Part shown: piece by piece, positions 37,446-45,513 of the stretch | Position numbering within the stretch: position 1 is the stretch's first letter | Layout of the letters: the number at the start of each line of letters is the position of its first letter | From: Anaerolineae bacterium | GTDB lineage: Bacteria; Chloroflexota; Anaerolineae; B4-G1; DUEL01 | DNA: 64,000 nucleotides | Reading direction: 5' to 3' | NCBI GenBank assembly: GCA_041082215.1 | Contig: JBDOIF010000152.1 | Coordinates: forward strand, 1,235-65,234 | The notes under the pieces: generated by a model | What the model was told of the DNA's origin: nothing | The model's database searches: none | What the model saw: the letters and a program-made list of their open reading frames with translations, nothing else | Translations under genes and position numbers: made by a program

Positions 37446-38243
37446 TCACGCTTGCGGCCCTGTCCTCCCCAATCGCTGCTCCAGGGCTTCCATTACTTCG
37501 GAGACCGCCTCTTCAATATTGGGATAGGCCAGCCAGACCGTCGCCAGGCCAAACAGGGCGCCTGTCACAACGCGCCGCAGAGGGGTGCTCTCCAGCGAGG
37601 GGACCGGCAGGGCGGGGTAAAGAAGACGAAGGGCATGGGAGAAAAGCTGGAGGCCTCCGTCCAGCCCGACGGGCAGGACGCCGAAAAGGAGATAGGCCCA
37701 AAACGGCAGCGGGCGCAGCCGTCGGCGGACCAGCCCGTAAGCCAGCCCGCCAAGGAGCACAGAACCGTAAATGGCCGTGTCCCGCTGACAGAGGGCCACC
37801 TTGAACCCCAGCACCGCGTCGCCGATGTAGCCATGGGGAACGAGGGCCTCTGGACCGACCCGCTGGCTCAGCTCCTCCATCGTATAGGCTGGCCGCAGGC
37901 CGAAGAGATACCAGGAGCGGTAGGGCAACTGATGGCAGAGGGGGCGGTACATCGCATAGATGACCTGTGCCGGCCCCTCCACCCCCCAATGCATCAGGAC
38001 CGGGGCCAGAAAGGGGAGGCCAACGTAGAGAAAGGCCACCAGGTTGAACAGGGCCAGCCAGCGGCGCATCAGCCAGTAGATCAACCGGTCCGCCGCCAGG
38101 ACCAGGCGGCGCTCCCCCGGGGAAAGGGGCCGGTCCAGGCCAGCGCGGGCCGTCCGCCGCCTTTCAACCTCCGCCAGGACCTCCTCCGTCGTCGGTTCCG
38201 GCGCGGCTGCAGGGCATCCTCCGTTCGACGTTTCCCGGTCCAC
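37446..38243 (-). CDS. DUF2085-family membrane protein
   Basis: CHQLPYRSWYLFG...CQRDTAIYG motifs and four TM helices. Confidence 0.5.
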   Translation of the reverse strand: MDRETSNGGCPAAAPEPTTEEVLAEVERRRTARAGLDRPLSPGERRLVLAADRLIYWLMRRWLALFNLVAFLYVGLPFLAPVLMHWGVEGPAQVIYAMYRPLCHQLPYRSWYLFGLRPAYTMEELSQRVGPEALVPHGYIGDAVLGFKVALCQRDTAIYGSVLLGGLAYGLVRRRLRPLPFWAYLLFGVLPVGLDGGLQLFSHALRLLYPALPVPSLESTPLRRVVTGALFGLATVWLAYPNIEEAVSEVMEALEQRLGRTGPQA

Positions 38244-38256
38244 GTTCCGTGTCCCC

Positions 38257-39213
38257 TCACCGCAGATAGACCAGCGGGTCTACCGGCTGCCCCTGATGGC
38301 GCAGCTCAAAGTGGAGGTGGGGGCCGGTGGAGTAGCCGGTGGACCCCGCCGCGCCGATGACCTCCCCCTGCGCCACCTCCTGCCCCGTCACCACAGAAAT
38401 GTAGGAAAGATGGGCATACCAGGTCTGCCACCCGTCTGCATGGTCAATCAGCACCAGATTGCCGTACCCCCCGGACGGCCCGGCAAAGGAAACGGTGCCG
38501 GCGGCGGCAGCGACGATGGGATCGTATAATGCGGCGGCGATGTCGAGCCCGTTGTGGGAAGGATTCTCCGGGTCGTGGAAGTACCAGCCAGAAATGGCCC
38601 TTCGCGGGCTGGGCCAGATAAAGCCCCACCCTCTGGAGGCCTGTCCCTCCTCGCCCGGGGGTAGCCCGTCCAGCGAAAGGGTGCCGGTATAGATTTCGGG
38701 CCGGGTGAGCAGCCGCTCTTCGGAGAGGGTGACCAGCAGGGTGTATCGTCCCGGCCGGCCGGAGCGGGCCGTCAGCCGCAGAAGATAGGAGCCGGTCTGA
38801 TCCAGCTCCTGCTCGACAATGTAGGGGGGCAGGGTGACCGTGCCGGCCTCCTGGATCAGCGTCACCCCTTCAGGCCCCAGGAGCGTCGCCTCCACCTCCG
38901 CCTCCGGCCCCGAAGCGGTGGCGGGGCGGAACCAGACCTCCACCGTCGCCAGGTGCCCGGCGGTGGTGGCGAAGACCCAGCGGTCGGTTTCTCCTACCTC
39001 CAGCTCCCCTTCCGCCATCTCGCCGACCACCAGCAGCTCCTGGGGGGGCGGCGTGCTGTTAGGAAGGGGAAGAGCGTCCCCCGCCGGGCGGCCGTCCCCA
39101 GGGGGTGGGGAACCGCACGCCACCCCGGCCGCCAGCAACAGAGCGGCCGGAAGGAAAAGCCAGATGGGCCAGCGCGTCCTCACCCTTCCTCCACCCCGGA
39201 CCCTCGCTGCCAT
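38257..39213 (-). CDS. Secreted M23-family metallopeptidase
   Basis: Signal peptide; C-terminal HNGLDIAA...GNLVLIDHADGWQTWYAHL...GSTGYSTGPHLHFE (HxxxD / HxH motifs). Confidence 0.85.
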   Translation of the reverse strand: MAARVRGGGRVRTRWPIWLFLPAALLLAAGVACGSPPPGDGRPAGDALPLPNSTPPPQELLVVGEMAEGELEVGETDRWVFATTAGHLATVEVWFRPATASGPEAEVEATLLGPEGVTLIQEAGTVTLPPYIVEQELDQTGSYLLRLTARSGRPGRYTLLVTLSEERLLTRPEIYTGTLSLDGLPPGEEGQASRGWGFIWPSPRRAISGWYFHDPENPSHNGLDIAAALYDPIVAAAAGTVSFAGPSGGYGNLVLIDHADGWQTWYAHLSYISVVTGQEVAQGEVIGAAGSTGYSTGPHLHFELRHQGQPVDPLVYLR

Positions 39214-39833
39214 ACGTGAAGCACCCTCACCGACGGATCGGCGCAGATGGCCTCCAGGAGGGCCTCCCGCTCCACCCCCTCCACCCGCAGGGTCAGGTTC
39301 ATCCTTTCCCCCCCACCCGGACGGTGGGAGACGATGGAGCAGATGTTCCCTCCGATCGCGGCGATCCGACCGGCCATCTTGGCCAGCTCCCCCGGCCGGT
39401 CTGGCACCTGGACAGTGATCCGCAGCGAGGGGGTGTCGGCCCCCAGCGCCTCAGCAAACTGGGCGAAGATGTCGGAACGGGTGATGATCCCAACCAGCCG
39501 CCCGCCTTCTTCCACAACCGGCAACCCACCGATGTCGTGCTCGATCATGAGACGGGCGGCCTCCTCCAGGGGGTAGTCGGGCGGGACGGTGACGACAGGG
39601 GAGCGCATCACCTGCTCCACCCGGTGCTGGCGCTGCATCACGCCGGGGGAAGGGGCGGTGGAAAGAAAGAGCCGCAGGTCGTTTTCGGTGACGATCCCCA
39701 CCACCCGCCCCTCCTCATCCACGACCGGCAGACGACAGAAGCCTCCGCTCTTGCAAAGGGCCACCCCCGCCAGTGGATCGCTGCCCGGGCGAAGGGTGAC
39801 CGGGTTAGGTGTCATTCGATCCCGTACCAGCAT
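39180..39833 (-). CDS. CBS-pair + ACT domain protein (AcuB-like)
   Basis: Two CBS motifs (VTLRPGSDPLAGVALCKSGGFCRLPVVDEEGRVVGIVTENDL; VTVPPDYPLEEAARLMIEHDIGGLPVVEEGGRLVGIITRSDI) and a C-terminal ACT-like region. Start set at MLVRDRM. Confidence 0.7.
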   Translation of the reverse strand: MLVRDRMTPNPVTLRPGSDPLAGVALCKSGGFCRLPVVDEEGRVVGIVTENDLRLFLSTAPSPGVMQRQHRVEQVMRSPVVTVPPDYPLEEAARLMIEHDIGGLPVVEEGGRLVGIITRSDIFAQFAEALGADTPSLRITVQVPDRPGELAKMAGRIAAIGGNICSIVSHRPGGGERMNLTLRVEGVEREALLEAICADPSVRVLHVWQRGSGVEEG

Positions 39834-40035
39834 CGCGGTCCTCCCTGCAAAGATTATACCTCCCGGGAGGGGAAGCGCAACCTGGCGGTTCGTCATTTTA
39901 CCCCAAACAGGATATAATTATCCTGTCCCTAATACCCTGAACACCGCTCCCCTGGTAGGGCCTTCCGAAAACCACAAAGGACACGAAGGACGCAAAGGGC
40001 ACAAAAGTTTAAAATGTGTTTTTAAATATTTCCTT

Positions 40036-41577
40036 ATGCAACCAACAACCCGAAAAGCAGAGCATACCTATCTTTACCTCACCGTCTTCACGGGCGGGCT
40101 GGTCTCCCTGGGTGTGGAACTTTCCGCCTCCCGACTGCTGGCCCCCTATTTCGGCGACTCCCACCCTGTCTGGGCGGCCATCATCGGCCTGATCCTCCTC
40201 TACCTCACCGTGGGCTACTTCCTCGGCGGCCGTTGGGCCGACCGCTCCCCCCGCCCCGCCACCCTCTATCAGATCGTCGTCTGGGCTGCCCTGATGGTGG
40301 GGCTGGTCCCCTTCGTCTCCCGGCCCATCCTGCTCATGGCCGTGCGCGGCTTTGCCCGCTACGACCTGGCCCTCCTGGTGGGGCCGTTCCTGGCGGTCCT
40401 CCTCCTCTTCTCCTTCCCTGTCACGCTGATGGGTTGTGTCTCCCCCTTCGTCATCCGGCTGCTGATGGAGCAGCCGGAGCGGGCCGGGGATGTGGCAGGG
40501 CGGACCTACGCCATTTCCACGGCGGGCAGCCTGCTGGGAACCCTTTTGCCGGTCTTTCTCCTCATCCCTGCCCTGGGCACTCGCAACACCTTTGTCCTTC
40601 TCTCCCTGCTCCTGATGGGGGTGGGACTGGTGGGGCTGGCCCGCGTCGCCCCCCGACGTGCCCTGATCTATATCTGGATGCCTCTGGCGGTGCTCCTCCC
40701 TGCCTTCCTCCTCCACCGGCAGCCCCTCAAGCCCGGGGAAGGGGCCATTTACGAGGCCGAGTCCGCCTATAATTACATCCAGGTGGTGGAAAAGGGCAGC
40801 TGGCGCCAGCTTTACCTGAACGAGGGGCAGGGCATCCACTCCGTCTACCGGCCCGGGCAGCGAAGGGTAGGGGGGACGTGGGATTATTTTCTCATCGCGC
40901 CCTTCTTCAACCCGCCTCCCTTTCCGCCCGGCCGGGTTGAGAGCCTGGCGATGGTCGGCCTGGCCGCCGGCACGATCCCCAAAGAGTACACCGCCTTCTT
41001 CGGCCCCATCCCCATTGACGGGGTGGAGCTGGACCCGGAGATTGTACAGGTGGGGCGGGCGTTCTTTGCGATGGACGAGCCTAACCTGAACGTCGTCGTC
41101 GGCGACGGACGGGCCTTCCTGGCCCGCTCCGCCCGGAGCTATACAGTGGTAGGGGTGGATGCCTACCGGCTCCCCTATATCCCCTGGCACCTGACCACGG
41201 TGGAGTTCTTCCGGGAGGTGAGGGACCACCTCACCGATGACGGCGTCGCGGTGGTCAACGTGGGGCGGACACCGGAGGATGACCGGCTGGTGCGGTCCCT
41301 CGCCGCCACCCTCCTCCAGGTCTTTCCCACCGTCCATCGGATAGATGTGCCAGCTTCCTTCAACACCATCCTGGTAGCGACGGTCCGGCCGACGGTGCCG
41401 GAGAACCTGCTGGCCAACCGGTCCCTGCTGACCGATCCGGTCCTTCAGGAGATCGCCGACGAGGCGTGGGCCAGCCTCCGGCCCCTCGAACCCGGCCCCC
41501 CTGTCCTCACCGACGACCGGGCCCCCGTGGAGATGCTCACCCACGCGGTGGTGCTGAGCTATCTTTTGGGAGAATAG
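40036..41577 (+). CDS. Membrane-anchored spermidine-synthase-family protein (N-terminal polytopic domain + C-terminal aminopropyltransferase fold)
   Basis: About 7 TM helices, then YNYIQVVEKGSW..LYLNEG..HS...VGLAAGTIPKE...GVELDPEIV..VVGDGRAFL...YTVVGVDAY; start at ATG 40036, the upstream part of tracked ORF 39589 is spurious. Confidence 0.7.
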   Translation: MQPTTRKAEHTYLYLTVFTGGLVSLGVELSASRLLAPYFGDSHPVWAAIIGLILLYLTVGYFLGGRWADRSPRPATLYQIVVWAALMVGLVPFVSRPILLMAVRGFARYDLALLVGPFLAVLLLFSFPVTLMGCVSPFVIRLLMEQPERAGDVAGRTYAISTAGSLLGTLLPVFLLIPALGTRNTFVLLSLLLMGVGLVGLARVAPRRALIYIWMPLAVLLPAFLLHRQPLKPGEGAIYEAESAYNYIQVVEKGSWRQLYLNEGQGIHSVYRPGQRRVGGTWDYFLIAPFFNPPPFPPGRVESLAMVGLAAGTIPKEYTAFFGPIPIDGVELDPEIVQVGRAFFAMDEPNLNVVVGDGRAFLARSARSYTVVGVDAYRLPYIPWHLTTVEFFREVRDHLTDDGVAVVNVGRTPEDDRLVRSLAATLLQVFPTVHRIDVPASFNTILVATVRPTVPENLLANRSLLTDPVLQEIADEAWASLRPLEPGPPVLTDDRAPVEMLTHAVVLSYLLGE

Positions 41578-41579
41578 GG

Positions 41580-42269
41580 ATGAATCGCTTCTGGTCTCGG
41601 CTGTTCCATACCCTGATCGTCCTGGCCCTGCCAGTGGTGTTCCTCTCGGCAAGCCTGCGGGCCGTGACTGCCCACTGGCTGGTCCGCTGGGAGTACGGGA
41701 AGGCTGGCTTCCCCCCCGACCCTTTCGGGCTGACGACGGAGGAACGCATCCGGCTGGCGGGGACCTGCGTGGACTATCTGGCGACGGGTGCGGGGATCGA
41801 GCTCCTGGCCGACCTGCGGCTCCCCGATGGGAGGCCCGCTTTCAACCAGCGGGAGCTGGACCATATGGTGGACGTGAAGCGGGTGTTTGGGGGGATCCTC
41901 TGGGCGGGGCTGGTCGCCGGGGTGGTAGCCGTGGGGGGAACGGCGGCCCTTGCCGCCCGCCCGGCGACCCGGTCCCGTGCCCCGGCTGCGCTGATGGGCG
42001 GCTCTCTCCTCACCTTCGGCCTGCTCGTCCTGATAGGGGGGCTGATGCTGGCCCGGTGGGAGGTCTTCTTCACCGGCTTCCACGAGCTGCTATTCCCGCC
42101 GGGTACGTGGACCTTTCCCACCTCCGACACCCTCATCCGCCTCTATCCGGAGCGGTTCTGGATGGACGTAGGGGCGACGGTGGTGGGACTGATCGTCGTT
42201 CAGATGGCCGTCGCTGGCGGGGGGGCCTTTTTCTGGCAGAGGCTGGGAAGACGCGAATGGAACGAATGA
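41580..42269 (+). CDS. TIGR01906/DUF1461-like integral membrane protein
   Basis: MNRFWSRLFHTLIVLALPVVFLSASLRAVTAHWLVRWEYGKAGFPPDPFGLTTEERIRLA matches this family pattern; begins 3 nt after the previous gene. Confidence 0.5.
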   Translation: MNRFWSRLFHTLIVLALPVVFLSASLRAVTAHWLVRWEYGKAGFPPDPFGLTTEERIRLAGTCVDYLATGAGIELLADLRLPDGRPAFNQRELDHMVDVKRVFGGILWAGLVAGVVAVGGTAALAARPATRSRAPAALMGGSLLTFGLLVLIGGLMLARWEVFFTGFHELLFPPGTWTFPTSDTLIRLYPERFWMDVGATVVGLIVVQMAVAGGGAFFWQRLGRREWNE

Positions 42270-42330
42270 GAGCGAATGAAACGAATTCGCCTGATTCAGG
42301 AGATTCGCGATCCGCGGACGCACAAGGAGA

Positions 42331-42942
42331 TCACCTGTCCTGAAGTCGAAAAGCGGCCTGCGCTGCCTGCCACTCCTGGGGCGTGTTGATATTGCGGAAG
42401 GAGCGCAGGTCGGGATCGAGCCGGGCGACCTCCTCTTCCGTCACATACCGCACGCGGACGTGGGGAAAGAAGGAGATGATGCGACGGTGGCCGGCGCGGA
42501 TGGCAGCCTCCATTGCCGGAAGACAGGTACGGCGGTAGGCGGCGTGAAGGGTCTCTACCTGCTCCCCCTGCCGGAGCGCAGCCACGTCGAACCCTTCCGC
42601 CCAGGCGACGAAGGCCCGCAGGAGAACCGGATTCAGGAACGGCATGTCGCAGCCGACGGCCAGGATCAGGTCGTATCCGGCCGCCTGAAGCCCTGCATGC
42701 AGTCCGCCCAGCACGCCAACGCCGGGAAATCGGTCCGGGACGACAGGCACACCCAGCCCGGCATACCGCTGGACGTCGTTTGCCACAATCAGCACCTCGG
42801 CGCAGACCCCGGCCATTCGGTCCAGGACGTGGGCGATGAGCGGCCGGCCCCCCAGGTCCAGAAACGCTTTATCCCGTCCCATCCTCCGGCTGGCCCCGCC
42901 GGCCAGCACCACACCCGTCACCGACAGACGCTCCACCATTTC
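42331..42942 (-). CDS. mobA: Molybdenum cofactor guanylyltransferase
   Basis: GVVLAGGASRRMGRDKAFL...DRFPGVGVLGGLHAGL; start set at MVERL. Confidence 0.8.
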   Translation of the reverse strand, partial: EMVERLSVTGVVLAGGASRRMGRDKAFLDLGGRPLIAHVLDRMAGVCAEVLIVANDVQRYAGLGVPVVPDRFPGVGVLGGLHAGLQAAGYDLILAVGCDMPFLNPVLLRAFVAWAEGFDVAALRQGEQVETLHAAYRRTCLPAMEAAIRAGHRRIISFFPHVRVRYVTEEEVARLDPDLRSFRNINTPQEWQAAQAAFRLQDR

Positions 42943-42977
42943 GTTCCCTGTAAATACAGGCGAGGCACGCCTCGCCC

Positions 42978-43319
42978 CTACTCTACCTCTATGCTTTCCA
43001 CCAGCAATTCCTTGCCCCCCACGGCGATCGGCTGGAGCAGGCCGCACTGAGGGCAGGTCCAATCCGCTCCATCCGGCTCATACTCCGCCCCGCAGTTCAG
43101 ACAACGGAAGCGGGCGGGCACGTGTCGGAAGGCCAGCTCTGCCCCTGCTGCCATCGTATCCCGGCTGAGGAAATCGAAGTAGAACTGAACCGATTCGCCG
43201 ACGATGCCGGAGAGCTCCCCCACGGCCAGGTGGATGCGAAGGATACGATTCGCCCCGGCCTGTTTGGCGTGGGCCAGGGCGATGTCCAGAATGGATTGGG
43301 TTACGGAGAGTTCATGCAT
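42978..43319 (-). CDS. hypA: Hydrogenase/metalloenzyme nickel-insertion protein HypA
   Basis: MHELSVTQSILDIALAHA, C-terminal CLNCG...CPQCG zinc motif. Confidence 0.85.
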   Translation of the reverse strand: MHELSVTQSILDIALAHAKQAGANRILRIHLAVGELSGIVGESVQFYFDFLSRDTMAAGAELAFRHVPARFRCLNCGAEYEPDGADWTCPQCGLLQPIAVGGKELLVESIEVE

Positions 43320-43334
43320 ACGGAATACGGAGCA

Positions 43335-43364
43335 CGGAGTACGTATTGCGTGTTGCGTACTCCG
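43335..43364 (-). terminator. Repeat-derived hairpin (CGGAGTACG / CGTACTCCG) immediately 3' of fdhA
   Basis: cggagtacgTATTGCGTGTTGcgtactccg lies 2 nt after the fdhA stop; TACGGAA/TATTGCG repeat family. Confidence 0.45.
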
Positions 43365-43365
43365 T

Positions 43366-45471
43366 TTACGAAACCGGCTCCACCCGCACCGCGCAGACCT
43401 TGTACTCCGGGATTTTGGCGAGGGGGTCCAGCGCGGCGTGGGTGAGCGCGTTCGCCGCCGCCTCCGCGTAGTGGAAGGGGATGAAGACGACGCCGGGCCG
43501 GATGCGCTTCGTCAGCCGCACCGCAACCTCGATCTCCCCTCGGCGACTCATCACCCGCACCCGCCGAGCGCCGTCCAGGCCGATGCGGGCCGCGTCGTCC
43601 GGATGCATCTCCACATACGGCTCCGGCGCCTCCTGCTCCAGTTTGGGCGACCGGCGGGTCATGGTGCCGGTGTGGAACTGGAACATGGTGCGGCCCGTGG
43701 TCAGGATGAACGGGTACTCCTCATCGGGCAGTTCCGCCGCCTCCTGGAACTCTATCGCGTGGAAGCGGCCCAGGCCTCGGGTGAACTTCTCCTTGTGCAG
43801 GTACGGGGTGCCGGGGTGTTCGGCCGACGGGACGGGCCACTGCAGGGAGCCCTCCCGGTCCAGCCGCTCGTAGGTGACGCCGCCGTAGGAGGGCGCGACG
43901 CGGGCGATTTCAGACATGATTTCGGCGGGGGAGGAGTAGTCCCATTGCGTATTGCGTATTGCGTATTGCGTATCGCGTGCTGCGTGTTGCGTAAGGCGCT
44001 TGGCCAGTTCACAGAGGATTTCCCAGTCGGCCTTGGCCTGGCCCGGCGGGTCCACGGCCTTCCGCACCCGCTGGATGCGCCGGTCGGTGGCGGTGAAGGT
44101 GCCGTCTTTCTCGGCAAACGATGCGCCCGGCAGAACCACGTGCGCCAGTTGTGCCGTCTCCGTCAGGAAGATGTCCTGAACGACCAGGAAGTCCAGTTTC
44201 TCCAGGCACTCCCGCGCGTGGTGGATGTCGGGGTCGGAGAGAAGGGGGTTCTCGCCCATCACGAAGAGGCCCCGCAGGCGCCCCTCCCCTGCCGCGTGGA
44301 CCATCTCCACGACGGTCATGCCAACCTTGTCGGACAACCCCTCCATGCCCCAGGCGGCCTCAAATCTGGCCTTCGCCTCCGGCGAGGTGACGGGCTGGTA
44401 GGCCGGGTAGACGTTGGGGAGGCCGCCCATGTCGCAGGCGCCCTGGACGTTGTTCTGGCCCCGCAGGGGGTTGACCCCGCCGCCAGGGACGCCCAGATTG
44501 CCGGTGAGCATGGCCAGGTTGGCTACGCTCTTGACGTTGTCGGTGCCGGTGGTGTGCTGGGTGATCCCCATTGCATAGAGAATGGCGGCAGGCTTGTTCT
44601 GGGCGTACATCCGCGCCGCGGCGCGCAGGTCCTCCGCTGGGATGCCGGTAATCTCCTCCACCCGCTCCGGCGGGTACTGCTGGACCACCTGCCACATTTC
44701 CTCAAAGCCCTCGGTCCGCTGCCGGATAAACTCCTGGTCGGCCAGTTCCTCGGTGATGATGACGTACATCAGGCCGTTGAGCCAGGCGACATCGGTGCCG
44801 GGGCGGGGGCGCAGGTAGAGGTCGGCCATCCGGCCGATCTGGACCTCGCGCGGGTCGATGACGACAATTTTCGCCCCCCGCTCCTTTGCTTTGAGGACAT
44901 GGCTGGCGATGAGGGGGTGGCCCTCGGTGGTGTTGGAGCCGGTGATCAGGAAGCAGCGGGTGTATTCGCTGAACTCCGGGATGGAGTTAGTCATCGCGCC
45001 ACTGCCGAATGCGGCGGCCAGACCGGCCACCGTGGGGGCGTGTCAGAGACGGGCGCAGTGGTCCACGTTGTTGGTCCTGAAGACGGCGCGGGCCAGTTTC
45101 TGGGCCAGGTAGTTCTCCTCGTTGGTGCACTTGGCGGAGACCAGGAAGCCCAGGGCGTCGGGGCCGTATGTGTCGCGGATGTGGAGCAGCCGATCCGCGA
45201 CCAGGCCCAGCGCCTCGTCCCAGGACGCCTCCCGGAACCCCCCCTGTGTCCCCCCCGCATGCAGGGGGGAGCGGATGAGGGGGGTCGTCAGCCGGTCCGG
45301 GTGGCGGACGAAGGCGGTGGCGTTCCAGCCCTTGATGCAGAGTTTCCCCCCGCTGACGGGGTGCTCCTTCGCCGGCAACACCCCGACGATTTCGCCGTCC
45401 AGCACCTGGATGTAGAGGCCGCATCCGGTGCCGCAGTAGGGGCAGGTAGTGAAGATGTTTCGGTAGTCCAT
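43366..45471 (-). CDS. fdhA: Formate dehydrogenase catalytic subunit (FdhF/FdhA-type), selenocysteine-containing; in-frame TGA at 45043..45045 read as Sec
   Basis: Tracked ORFs 45043..45513 and 43366..45030 are in the same frame and together align with FdhF: CPYCGTGCG...NNVDHCARL-[TGA]-HAPTVAGL (E. coli: CARV-U-HGPSVAGL). Downstream MGITQHTTG, RGQNNVQGACDMG and a C-terminal KVCAVRVEP are molybdopterin-enzyme motifs. N-terminus placed at MDY (45471); the tracked upstream 14 aa are repeat-derived. Confidence 0.85.
43944..43995. repeat. TTGCGTA heptanucleotide tandem array (about 7 units) in frame inside fdhA
   Basis: attgcgtattgcgtattgcgtattgcgtatcgcgtgctgcgtgttgcgtaag, translated as ...[12 protein letters not shown]..., an insertion relative to the E. 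coli FdhF alignment. Confidence 0.7.
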
Positions 45472-45513
45472 AGGGTACTCCGTGTTACGTATTCCGTATT
45501 GCGTGTCCTGCAT

